DNA from: Solirubrobacterales bacterium | GTDB taxonomy: Bacteria; Actinomycetota; Thermoleophilia; Solirubrobacterales; 70-9 | DNA length: 64,000 bases | Assembly: GCA_036009365.1 (NCBI GenBank) | Contig: DASYLY010000091.1 | Span: forward strand, 556-64,555 | Direction: 5' to 3' | Part shown: piece by piece, positions 1 through 9,104 of the stretch | Layout: each line of letters opens with the position of its first letter | Numbering within the stretch: the stretch's first letter is position 1 | Notes under the pieces: generated by a model | Seen by the model: only the letters and a program-made list of their open reading frames with translations | Database searches by the model: none | Told to the model about the DNA's origin: nothing | Translations under genes and position numbers: made by a program

Positions 1-1
1 C

Positions 2-198
<197 letters not shown>

Positions 199-199
<1 letters not shown>

Positions 200-747
200 T
201 GCCCCGGCGACTGCAGACGAAGCTGGAGGGGGTCATCCTGCTGGAGCCGGAGGTCCACGGCGACGAGCGCGGCTTCATGGTCGAGACCTTTAGCCGCGAC
301 GCCTGGGCCGAGCTCGGGCTCGCCGGCGAGTTCGTTCAGCACAACCACTCGCGCTCCTCACAGGGGACCCTGCGTGGGATCCACTTCCAGACTTCGCCGG
401 GCCAGGCGAAGCTGGTGCGCTGCTCGCGCGGCTCCGTCCTCGACGTCGCCGTCGACCTGCGCCGCGGCTCGCCGACCTTCGGCCAGTGGGAGGCACACCT
501 GCTCGACGACGAGCGCCACCGCCAGCTCTACGTCCCGGTCGGCTTCGGTCACGGCTTCGCGGTGCTCAGCGAGGTCGCCGACTTCGCCTATCTGCTCTCC
601 AGCATCTATGACCCGGCGACCGAGGCCGGTATCGCCTGGGACGACCCCGATGTCGGGGTCGACTGGCAGATCCCCGATCCCATGCTCAGCGAGCGCGACA
701 AGGCGGCACCTAAGCTGGCCGAGGTTGTCGACAGCTTGCCTTTCTAG
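199..747 (+). CDS. rfbC: dTDP-4-dehydrorhamnose 3,5-epimerase
   Basis: RmlC-type motifs GDERGFMVETF, GTLRGIHFQ and KLVRCSRGSVLDVAVDLR. The in-frame ATG at 199 overlaps the rfbB stop (TGATG). Confidence 0.9.
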
Positions 748-751
748 CGCC

Positions 752-1546
752 GTGGAACCCAAGAGCATCAAGATCGACGCTGCCCTACGAGCCGAGCTCG
801 AGTCGGACCCGCCGTGGATGTACCCGTGGCAGCTCGCCGAGCGGGTCGTAGCGCCGAGTCCAGGAAGTGAACTGGCCGATGTCCACCGCACCCGCCTCGA
901 GATCATCGAGCCGACCTGCCGGCGCTGGCTGGCCGAGAACCCGGAGGCGACGGTGGTCGACCTCGGCTGCTGTGAGGGCTGGTTCGGCCACAAGCTGCTT
1001 GAGTGGGGGGCGAGCAGGGTCGTCGGCGTCGACGTTCGTGAGGTCAATATCCGCCGTGCCGAGCTGGTCCGCGACCATTTCGGGATCTCCTCCGATCGGC
1101 TCAGCTTCATCCGCGCCGGCGTCCACGACGTGCCGGAGATCGGCGAATTCGACATCGTCCTGATGCTGGGGCTGATCTACCATCTTGAGGACCCGGTCGG
1201 GGCGCTGCGTGTTTCCCGCCGTCTCTGCCGCGGCCACGTCCTAGTCGAGTCGCAGCTGACTGAGCTGAACGAGCCGATCGAGCACGGATGGGGGGTCGCC
1301 GGCGAGTTCCTGCGCAGTGAGGCCCACTGGGTGTCTTACCTGGAGCCGGCCGACTGGCAGGAGGACGAGGGCAATGTCACCGCCTCCTTCTCCGGCGTCC
1401 TCAGCCTAATCCCCAACCGCGCCGCGATGCTGCAGGCGATGGCGGTGGCCGGCTTCGATGAGCTCGAGGTGCTGGCGACCTCGCCGGGGCAGAACGAGCA
1501 GTTCGTCGGCGCCCATCGCGCCGTCGCGGCCGGCCGGGCCGCTTAG
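752..1546 (+). CDS. class I SAM-dependent methyltransferase
   Basis: VVDLGCCEGWFG (motif I-like) and DIVLMLGLIYHLEDP. GTG 752 was chosen because the upstream part of ORF 374.. overlaps rfbC out of frame. Confidence 0.7.
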   Translation: MEPKSIKIDAALRAELESDPPWMYPWQLAERVVAPSPGSELADVHRTRLEIIEPTCRRWLAENPEATVVDLGCCEGWFGHKLLEWGASRVVGVDVREVNIRRAELVRDHFGISSDRLSFIRAGVHDVPEIGEFDIVLMLGLIYHLEDPVGALRVSRRLCRGHVLVESQLTELNEPIEHGWGVAGEFLRSEAHWVSYLEPADWQEDEGNVTASFSGVLSLIPNRAAMLQAMAVAGFDELEVLATSPGQNEQFVGAHRAVAAGRAA

Positions 1547-1562
1547 GCGCGAGGATGCGCGC

Positions 1563-2273
1563 GTGAGCGACCGCGAGCTGCCCCCGCCGGTGCCGTCCCC
1601 GTTCACGGGCTCGGTCGCCGACTACTGGCGCGTGCGGGCCGAGCAACACACCCAGGACACCTACGCCGGGGTGCCGATCTCGAAGTTCCCCGAGGATCTG
1701 CGGGTTTACGAGCACCTGCTCTGGTTGGCGGCGCCGCAGGTGGTGATCGAGCTCGGCAGTCAATTTGGCGGTAGCGCCCTGTGGTTCCGCGACCGGCTCA
1801 ACGCGCTGGCCGCCTACGGTCGCGTCTCCGACCCGCATGTGATCGCCGTCGACCTCGAGATCGAGCGCGCGCGCGAGACCCTCGACAGCCACCACCACCC
1901 CGGCAGCCTCGGTCAGATTGATCTGCTCGGTGGCGACGTGCTCGACCCGGCGCTGCCGGCCAAGGTGGGAGAGCTGGTACGCCCGGGCGAGCGCTGCCTG
2001 GTGATCGAGGACTCTGCCCACGTGTACGACACCACCTACGCGGCCCTGGTCGGCTTCTCCAGCTTTATCCCGCCCGGCGGCTTCTTCATCGTCGAGGATG
2101 GCTGCGTCGATGTCGAGGAGATGCGGATCGAGCCAAGTTGGCCGCGCGGGGTGCTGCCCGCGGTGGGCGACTGGTTGGCGGCCGAGGCAGGATCTGGCTT
2201 CCAGCAGCGCCGGGAGTTGGAGCTGTACGGGCTCACTTGCCACCCGGGCGGCTTTTTGCAGCGGGTCTCGTGA
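1563..2273 (+). CDS. CmcI / rhamnosyl O-methyltransferase-family methyltransferase
   Basis: YAGVPISKFPEDL..YEHLLW..VIELGSQFGGSALWF..VIEDSAH pattern typical of the CmcI (cephalosporin hydroxylase / rhamnosyl O-MTase) family. In-frame GTG start at 1563. Confidence 0.65.
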   Translation: MSDRELPPPVPSPFTGSVADYWRVRAEQHTQDTYAGVPISKFPEDLRVYEHLLWLAAPQVVIELGSQFGGSALWFRDRLNALAAYGRVSDPHVIAVDLEIERARETLDSHHHPGSLGQIDLLGGDVLDPALPAKVGELVRPGERCLVIEDSAHVYDTTYAALVGFSSFIPPGGFFIVEDGCVDVEEMRIEPSWPRGVLPAVGDWLAAEAGSGFQQRRELELYGLTCHPGGFLQRVS

Positions 2274-2278
2274 CCGCG

Positions 2279-3091
2279 ATGCGGGCGAAGGCGATCTACC
2301 TGGCGAAGGCGTTGGCACGGCGGCTGCGCTACGGCCCTGGGGACCTATTGCGACGTCGCCGCGGCGAGCGGCCGCTGCCGCCGCGCCGCCTCTCCTTCGT
2401 CGGCGGCGGCGACTTCGAGGCGACCGGGCGCGAGTTCCTCGGCCACTTCACCGAGCTCGGCGGCCTCCGGCCCGGCGACCGGGTGCTCGACATCGGTTGC
2501 GGGATCGGCCGCATGGCGCTGCCGCTGACCGGCTACCTCGACAGCGGTTCCTACGCCGGCTTCGACGTAGGCCGCGAGATGGTGCGCTGGTGTAGCCGCA
2601 ACATTACCCCGCGCCACCCAAGCTTCGCCTTCACCTGGGCGCCGATCTACAACGCCAAGTACAACCCGTTCGGCGACGTCGCCGGCAGCGAGTTCCGCTT
2701 CCCCTACGACGACGGCAGCTTCGACTTCGCTTTCGCCACTTCGCTCTTCACCCACCTGCAGCGCGACGAGACCCGCCACTACCTCGCGGAGACCGCCCGG
2801 GTCCTGCGCCCGGGCGGCGCCTGTCTGCTGACCTTCTTCCTGCTCACCCCGGAGGCCGAAGCGGAGGTCGAGGCGGGCCGAGCCGACTTCGATTTCCGCC
2901 ACCCGGTCGAGGGCGGTCGCACGACCGACCCGCGCCAGCCCGAGGAGGCGATCGCCTTCCGTACCGAGGTCCTGCGCGAGCTCTTGGCCGAGGCTGGACT
3001 CCGCGTCCGCGAGCCACTGCACCTCGGCAGCTGGGCGAACGCGCCGGGGGCGCCGAGCATGCAGGACATCGTCGTGGCCGAGCGGGCTTAG
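2279..3091 (+). CDS. class I SAM-dependent methyltransferase
   Basis: VLDIGCGIGRMALPL (motif I) and ARVLRPGG. An alternative GTG at 2270 overlaps the upstream stop (GTGA). Confidence 0.75.
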   Translation: MRAKAIYLAKALARRLRYGPGDLLRRRRGERPLPPRRLSFVGGGDFEATGREFLGHFTELGGLRPGDRVLDIGCGIGRMALPLTGYLDSGSYAGFDVGREMVRWCSRNITPRHPSFAFTWAPIYNAKYNPFGDVAGSEFRFPYDDGSFDFAFATSLFTHLQRDETRHYLAETARVLRPGGACLLTFFLLTPEAEAEVEAGRADFDFRHPVEGGRTTDPRQPEEAIAFRTEVLRELLAEAGLRVREPLHLGSWANAPGAPSMQDIVVAERA

Positions 3092-3960
3092 CTTCGTTTG
3101 GTGGCGGTGATGGCGAGGCTGGTGGCGAGCTTGGCGGCGATGCCGGCGTAGACGGCGAGGTTCAGGAGTGGGTTGTGCTCGGGGGCGTCGAAGCGGCGGT
3201 AGAAGCGGGCCATGCCGCGGTGGAAGGCGATCTCCTGTTTGGGGCGGCGGCGAGCGCCACTGGATCCGCCCTTGACGTGGAGGGCGACGCCGGCCGGCTC
3301 GTAGAAGACCTCCCAGCCGGCGTCCCAGAAGCGGTGGCACCAGTCGAGGTCCTCCATGTAGAGCCAGTAGCCCTCGTCGAGCAGGCCGACCTCGCGCACT
3401 GCCTCGGCCCGGCAGAGCATGAAGGCCCCGTTGACCGCGTCGACCTTGCCCGGCTCGTTGTCGCCAAGGTGGGTCGCCCGGTACTGGCTGAGGGGGCCCG
3501 AGGCGCCGTCGTCGCGGCCGATCCCGGTGAAGTGGGCGAGGGCGCTGAGCGGGGTCGGGAAGGAGCGCTTGCAGGCGTGGTCCAGTTCGCCGCTCTCGGT
3601 TACCAACTTGATCCCGACCATGCCGATCCGCGGTTGCGAGCGCAGCCGCGCCAGTGCCGTGTCGAGGGCGCCGGCGTGGACCTCGGTGTCGGGATTGAGC
3701 AGTAGCACCGCCGCCGCCCCGCTCTCGCGCAGGATGAGGTTATTGGCGGCGGAGAAGCCGATGTTGCCGCGCCGCAGCAGCCGCACTTCGGGAAACTCGC
3801 GCTCGACCATGTCGGGGGTCGCGTCGAGGCTGCCGCTGTCGACCACGGTGACCCGGGTCGGCACGCCCGCCGGGTTGTCTTGCAGCGAGAGCAGACAGCG
3901 CCGTAGCAGCGCCTCGGCACCGTGGCTGACGATCGCCACCTCGAGCTCGGGCGGGGTCAT
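3088..3960 (-). CDS. family 2 glycosyltransferase (rhamnosyltransferase-like)
   Basis: VAIVSHG..VVDSGSLD..NIGFSAANN..LLNPD..YMEDLDWCHR, a GT2 (GT-A) layout. Confidence 0.85.
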   Translation of the reverse strand: MTPPELEVAIVSHGAEALLRRCLLSLQDNPAGVPTRVTVVDSGSLDATPDMVEREFPEVRLLRRGNIGFSAANNLILRESGAAAVLLLNPDTEVHAGALDTALARLRSQPRIGMVGIKLVTESGELDHACKRSFPTPLSALAHFTGIGRDDGASGPLSQYRATHLGDNEPGKVDAVNGAFMLCRAEAVREVGLLDEGYWLYMEDLDWCHRFWDAGWEVFYEPAGVALHVKGGSSGARRRPKQEIAFHRGMARFYRRFDAPEHNPLLNLAVYAGIAAKLATSLAITATKRS

Positions 3961-3970
3961 CTCGCAGCTG

Positions 3971-5452
3971 TCAGTGGGCGCCTTCGCCGCGGATGACCGC
4001 CCGCGGCGTGCGCATCAGGATCGCCAGGTCGCCGGCGATCGAGAGGTTGTCGAGATAGTCGCGCTCGATCGCCAGTCGCTCCTCGAAGGTGAGGTCGCTG
4101 CGGCCGTAGACCTGCATCGGCCCGGTCAGGCCGGGCTTGATCGCCAGCCGCGCCCGCTGGCGCTCGTCGTAGAGGGCGACGACGCTCTCCTCCTCCGGCC
4201 GCGGTCCGACCAGCGACATGTCGCCGCGCAGCACGTTGATCAGCTGAGGCAGCTCGTCGATGCTGGCTCGTCGCAGGAAGCGGCCGGCCCTGGTCACCCG
4301 CGGATCGTCGTGGATCTTGAAAGCCGGCTCCTTGAGTTTGGCGAGGTCGACCAACTCTCCCAGCCGCTCCTCGGCATCGGCGACCATGGTGCGGAACTTC
4401 AGCATCGTGAACGGCTTGCCGTCCTTGCCGGCGCGGCGCTGGCGGAAGAAGACCGGGGAGCCGGAGTCGGCGAAGATCAGCAGCGAGGTTGCAAGCAGCA
4501 GCGGCGACAGCAGGACGAGGAGGAAGCCGGAGGCGATCAGGTCCATCGTCCGCTTCAGCGCCACGGTCGAGCGCGAGGGGTCGGAGAAGCGGAAGTCGAG
4601 CACCGGCAGCTCGGCCAGCCGGTTGAGCTCGATTCCCGGGCCGAGCAGGCCGTAGTGCTGGGGGAGGAAGGTGAGTGCGAGGCCCTCGGCCTTGCACTCC
4701 TCGATTAACTGCTCGGCGTCGTGCTCGCTCATCTCCTGTTCGGTCACCACCACCCGCTCGATCTTCTGCTCACGGGCGACCCGAGAGATTTCCGCCGGCG
4801 TGCCCAGCCGCGGCAGCTCGGCCGAGGCGTCGTCGCCGGTGGAGAGGTAGCCGACCAGGGCAAGGCGGGCCTCGGGATGGGTCGAGATCCGGCGCGCGAC
4901 CATGTCGACGATCGTCGCGGGACCGATCGCGATCCCGATTGCCACCCCGGTCAGCCGGTGCCAGAGGAAGCGCAAGGTGCCGCGCAGGACGAAGCTTCCG
5001 AACAGGGTTCCGATCCCCAGTGCGATCGCGCTGGTCGGGGATAGCGGCCCGACCGGGCTCAGCGCCAGCAGGCCGTCGAGGCCGAGGGTGCCGAGGGCGC
5101 TGGCCGAGACCAGTGATGGCAGCTCGTCGAGGGTGCTGTGGCGGATCCGGCGGTGGTCGTTGTCGTAGAGCCCGTGCAGCTTGATCACCAGGATCCAGGC
5201 GGGGCTGAAAAGGACCGCCCAGAACAGCGTCGCCACGTCGGTGGTCGAGGTGGTGGCGGTGACCGCGCATAGCGTGCCCAGAAGCGCGGCCCAGTCGCCC
5301 ATCGCCAGCAGGCGGCGCAGCAAGGCGCCGCGGTGGCGCGACTCCTCGGCCCCGTTCGACCCCGACTGGCGCCGTCGTGGGCTTGGAGCCATCTGCGGTT
5401 TGGCGCTCGGGACGGCGGAGGTCGAGGCGGCTCGATCGGCTTTCTGGCTCAT
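3971..5452 (-). CDS. polyprenyl-phosphate glycosyl-1-phosphate transferase (bacterial sugar transferase, WbaP/EpsB-like initiating enzyme)
   Basis: N-terminal TM helices plus a C-terminal sugar-transferase domain: PVFFRQRRAGKDGKPFTMLKFRTM, DELPQLINVLRGDMSLVGPRP, KPGLTGPMQV. Confidence 0.85.
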   Translation of the reverse strand: MSQKADRAASTSAVPSAKPQMAPSPRRRQSGSNGAEESRHRGALLRRLLAMGDWAALLGTLCAVTATTSTTDVATLFWAVLFSPAWILVIKLHGLYDNDHRRIRHSTLDELPSLVSASALGTLGLDGLLALSPVGPLSPTSAIALGIGTLFGSFVLRGTLRFLWHRLTGVAIGIAIGPATIVDMVARRISTHPEARLALVGYLSTGDDASAELPRLGTPAEISRVAREQKIERVVVTEQEMSEHDAEQLIEECKAEGLALTFLPQHYGLLGPGIELNRLAELPVLDFRFSDPSRSTVALKRTMDLIASGFLLVLLSPLLLATSLLIFADSGSPVFFRQRRAGKDGKPFTMLKFRTMVADAEERLGELVDLAKLKEPAFKIHDDPRVTRAGRFLRRASIDELPQLINVLRGDMSLVGPRPEEESVVALYDERQRARLAIKPGLTGPMQVYGRSDLTFEERLAIERDYLDNLSIAGDLAILMRTPRAVIRGEGAH

Positions 5453-7449
5453 TCGGCTTCGGTCTGCAGCTCGGGGGCCAGCGGGTTCAGCTCGCGGGCC
5501 TTGGCAAGGTCGGCGCGCGCGGCCTCCTCGTTGCCCGCTTCTTCTTCAACCCTGGCGCGGAGGTAATAGAGCTGCCAGTTGCGGTCCTCGCGCTTGATCG
5601 CCTCCGACATCAGTTCCGAGGCGCGCGGATATTCGCTCTGCGCTTGGGCGATCAGCCCCAGCTCCTGGTAGGGGGAGGCAGCCCAGGGCTCGATTGAGCG
5701 AGCGCTCTCGGCGTCGTCGACGGCCACGGCGAAGTTCCCTCGTTCAGCGGCCTCACGGCTAGAGCGCAGCTCGTGATCGACCAACAGCGGCCCGATCAGG
5801 CCGAGCGCCGTCACCCAGGCGATCGCCAGACCGGCGATCGCCAGACCGAAGCGCCGCTCCTGTCCCCTCTCGTCGCGTGCCTGGGCGAGCTGCGAGCAGC
5901 GGGCAGCGGCCAGGGCGCCGCCGCAGAGGAAGAGGATTCCGCCGAGCAGGGGGAATTCCCAGAACCAGTCGAAGGCGGCGCCGATCGCGAAGGCGAGCAT
6001 CGCCGCCAGCAGCACCGCGTGGGTTTCGCGCCGGGCTCCGCCGGCCTCGCGCCAGGCGGCAAATCCGGTCCAGAGTAGCGTCCCGATCAGGCCCAACACC
6101 AGCACGCCGCCGATCACACCCAGCTCGGCGAACGCTTCCAGGTAGAGCGAGTGGGCGGTGTGGTTAGGCTGGGGGGTCGAGCGCAGCTGCTGCCAGGAGA
6201 ACTCGTAGGTGCCGGCGCCGTGCCCGGCGATCGGCTTTTCGCCGAAGGCGTCGACCGCGACCCGCCAGAAGTCGTGGCGACCGGCCCCACTGAGGTCGCC
6301 GAAGTGGTGCTGGGGGCTGCTGGGGAACTCGATATCGGAGCGGGAGAACTGGTCCCAGGCGCGGCCGCCGACCGCAACAGCGGCCCCCAGCGCCAGCAGC
6401 GCCCCGACCAGGGCGACGGCCTTCAGCGCCCGCGGATCGCGGGAGATCGCTACCGCCCGCCCGGTGAAGCGCCCCTGCCGTCCCTCGAGTAGTCGCAGCC
6501 CCGCGAACAACAGCAGTGCCAGGGCGATCCCGGCGAACAGGATCAGCAGGACTTCGTGCCCCTGGTCGGTCGTGGCCGCTTCGTTGAGGTTGTCGCTGAG
6601 GCTGTTGCGGGCCTGGACGGCGAGCAGCGCCGGCAGTGCCCCGAGGGAGCCGATCGCCAGCGTCGCCAGCAGCCAGAGGCGGTCGCGCGAGAGGGCGATC
6701 AGGCAGCCGCAGGCGACCAGCAGCGCCAGCAGGCCTCCGCGCGAGAAGGTGAAGTAGAGGGCGAGCAGGACGGCCGGCAGCGAGGCGAGGGCGAGCCAGC
6801 GCAGCCAGGCCATGCTGGAGCGCCGGCTGAGCCAGAGCAGCATCGCCGCCGCGACCCCGAAGGCGAGACCGTTGGCATTCCAGTACCCGAGCGGATAGCG
6901 CATCCGGGCCCCCGCACCGAGGCCGTTGCCGACTTCGATCAGGTCAGGGAGGAGGCGGGTGGCCAGCCCAAGCAGGGCGACCAGGGTGAGCGAAATTGCG
7001 ATGCCTTCAGCGAAACGTTTGCGCCTTTGGTCGGTTTGGGCGACCAGGAACGCGGCTAGGAAGATTCCGAGGTAGACCAAGACGCGATCTGCCTCGATGA
7101 CGCTCAGCTCGATAGACCCCGACCAGAGAGATGAGATTGCAGACCACAGCGCAAAAACGCCGATCAGCCCACTCGTCCAGTAGAACGGGCGTCCAATCTG
7201 CGCCCGGGAGGCGCCTCCCAGGGCGAGCAGGGCCACCACGATCATCCACACGGCCAGTCCGGCAATGTGGCGAGATCCCAGACCAAAACCGCCTTCGTAG
7301 AGGCCCAGGGCCACGATCAGCACGGCCGGAGCGATCAGCGCCGTTGTTTCCTCTAACCTTCCGCGCCATGCTTGGAAGCCGCCACCAGCCTGCCCGTAGC
7401 TCGGGCCCACTTCTCGTCGCGCTCTCGTCAGTGCTTGCTCTGCTGGCAT
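5449..7449 (-). CDS. O-antigen ligase/polymerase-like (Wzy_C) polytopic membrane protein with C-terminal TPR repeats
   Basis: At least 10 hydrophobic helices, a YFTFSRGGLLALLVACG Wzy_C-like segment, and a soluble C-terminal TPR-like tail. The start is uncertain: candidates are 7449 (ATG), 7410 (GTG) and 7512, and all overlap the divergent gene starting at 7368. Confidence 0.65.
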   Translation of the reverse strand: MPAEQALTRARREVGPSYGQAGGGFQAWRGRLEETTALIAPAVLIVALGLYEGGFGLGSRHIAGLAVWMIVVALLALGGASRAQIGRPFYWTSGLIGVFALWSAISSLWSGSIELSVIEADRVLVYLGIFLAAFLVAQTDQRRKRFAEGIAISLTLVALLGLATRLLPDLIEVGNGLGAGARMRYPLGYWNANGLAFGVAAAMLLWLSRRSSMAWLRWLALASLPAVLLALYFTFSRGGLLALLVACGCLIALSRDRLWLLATLAIGSLGALPALLAVQARNSLSDNLNEAATTDQGHEVLLILFAGIALALLLFAGLRLLEGRQGRFTGRAVAISRDPRALKAVALVGALLALGAAVAVGGRAWDQFSRSDIEFPSSPQHHFGDLSGAGRHDFWRVAVDAFGEKPIAGHGAGTYEFSWQQLRSTPQPNHTAHSLYLEAFAELGVIGGVLVLGLIGTLLWTGFAAWREAGGARRETHAVLLAAMLAFAIGAAFDWFWEFPLLGGILFLCGGALAAARCSQLAQARDERGQERRFGLAIAGLAIAWVTALGLIGPLLVDHELRSSREAAERGNFAVAVDDAESARSIEPWAASPYQELGLIAQAQSEYPRASELMSEAIKREDRNWQLYYLRARVEEEAGNEEAARADLAKARELNPLAPELQTEAE

Positions 7450-7937
7450 TGGTCTCGTTTCCAGTTCTCGTTCAGGCCGATGGTGCCGGCGTGATTTACG
7501 GCGAAGCCCCACCTACGGTGCCGGGCAAGAAGACGGCGACCCACAATGAAGATGGAACCCCGGCGCACAGCTCGAATACCGATACCGGCGGCTCGACCGC
7601 ACCAGGCGGTTCCGGCGGCTCGGGTGATTCTGGTGGGTCTTCTGCAGGCAGTCCATCGACGGGTGCGAACGACAATCCAAGCACGGGTGGCAGCGGCGAG
7701 GCCCGCCAGGGCGATCAAGGCAAGGCCTCGACCGGATCCCAGCAGAGTGGCTCGGTGCACTCAGGCCAGCCCGTGAGCACCACCCAGCCGGACGACCAAT
7801 CTTCTTCTTCGCCCCTGGTTCCGATCCTGATCGCGATTGCCGCGTTGGCGGCGATCTCGATCGGTGTGGTCGTAGCCAGGCAGCGCCGGCAGCGCGGTGG
7901 CGACCCGGATGCGGCCGTTTCGCCCAAGGTGGGCTAG
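7368..7937 (+). CDS. secreted Ser/Gly/Thr-rich low-complexity protein with C-terminal TM anchor
   Basis: Signal-peptide-like N-terminus (LLVALSSVLALLALVSFPVLVQA-DG), a long S/G/T/Q-rich segment, then LVPILIAIAALAAISIGVVVARQRRQRGG. No LPXTG motif. Confidence 0.5.
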   Translation: MLGSRHQPARSSGPLLVALSSVLALLALVSFPVLVQADGAGVIYGEAPPTVPGKKTATHNEDGTPAHSSNTDTGGSTAPGGSGGSGDSGGSSAGSPSTGANDNPSTGGSGEARQGDQGKASTGSQQSGSVHSGQPVSTTQPDDQSSSSPLVPILIAIAALAAISIGVVVARQRRQRGGDPDAAVSPKVG

Positions 7938-7961
7938 CTCGATGTCGAGAGAGAGGAAGCT

Positions 7962-9083
7962 ATGAGGACCGTTCGCGCCTGCTTTGCTGCCCTTCTCGTT
8001 GCTGCTGCGCTCGGCTGTGTCGCTTCGACCGCGGCCGCCGCTCCGGCCAAGTTCTGGGGCATCGTCCCGCAGGCGATCCCGAGCGATGAACAGTTTCAGC
8101 GCCTCGCCCGCGGTGGTGTCGAAAGCGTCCGCATCCCGGTCGGCTGGGCCCATGTGCAGCCTAGCCGTGGCGGCGCCCTGGACTGGGCAGGCCCGGACGC
8201 CTTGATCGGAGCGGCCTCAAGGGCCGGGCTCGATGTGCTGCCCTTCATCACGGGCGCTCCGGCCTGGGCGATCCAGGAACTCCCCGTTCCCGGCACCGGC
8301 GGCCAGCTCAAAGCCCCTGGCCACTTGCCGATCTCCGGCAGTGCTGCCGGAGCCTGGAAGAGCCTGCTGGGAGCCGCCATCGCTCGCTACGGCCCCAACG
8401 GGGTCTTCTGGGCAGCGAACCCGGGCATCCCGCCGCGCCCGGTCCGCGCCTGGCAGATCTGGAACGAGCCCAACTTCAAGTACTTTGTCGCCCGCCCGAA
8501 CCCGGTCGAGTACGGGAAGCTGGTGAAGCTCTCTTATGCGGCGGTCAAAGCCGTTGACCCAGCCGCTCAGGTGATCCTGGCTGGTCTCTACTCGCGGCCG
8601 ATCGAGGCGATCCACAATTACAAACCGCCCCGCGCCTTCTTCGCCACCGACTTCCTCGAACAGATGTACAAAAAAGTGCCGGGTCTGAAGGGGAAGTTCA
8701 ATGGCGTCGCCCTGCACCCCTACACCGGCCGCTATAGCGGGCTGATTTCCAACATAGAAGCGCTGCGGACGGTCCTCAAATCCAACCACGATGCCAGCAA
8801 GGGTCTCTGGATCACCGAGCTTGGTTGGAGCTCGAAACCACCGACCGACGGCAACAGCTACGCCAAGGGCGTCAAGGGACAGGCCGAACAGCTACGTGGC
8901 GCCTTCTCGCTGCTGGAGCGCAACCAGGCGAAATGGAAGATCAAGCGCCTCTACTGGTTCTCGGTCGACGACCAGGACGGCACCTGCAACTTCTGCGATG
9001 GCTCCGGCCTTTTCGGCGAGGGCTTCAAGCCGAAGAAGGCCTGGTACGAGTACGTGAAGTTCGCCGGCGGCACCCCGAACTAG
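7962..9083 (+). CDS. secreted glycoside hydrolase, clan GH-A (GH5/GH39-like)
   Basis: Signal peptide; WQIWNEPN (acid/base Glu of the NEP motif) and LWITELGWS (nucleophile Glu). RBS GAGAGGAAG upstream. Confidence 0.65.
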   Translation: MRTVRACFAALLVAAALGCVASTAAAAPAKFWGIVPQAIPSDEQFQRLARGGVESVRIPVGWAHVQPSRGGALDWAGPDALIGAASRAGLDVLPFITGAPAWAIQELPVPGTGGQLKAPGHLPISGSAAGAWKSLLGAAIARYGPNGVFWAANPGIPPRPVRAWQIWNEPNFKYFVARPNPVEYGKLVKLSYAAVKAVDPAAQVILAGLYSRPIEAIHNYKPPRAFFATDFLEQMYKKVPGLKGKFNGVALHPYTGRYSGLISNIEALRTVLKSNHDASKGLWITELGWSSKPPTDGNSYAKGVKGQAEQLRGAFSLLERNQAKWKIKRLYWFSVDDQDGTCNFCDGSGLFGEGFKPKKAWYEYVKFAGGTPN

Positions 9084-9104
9084 CCGCTGCGTAAGATCGG
9101 TGGG

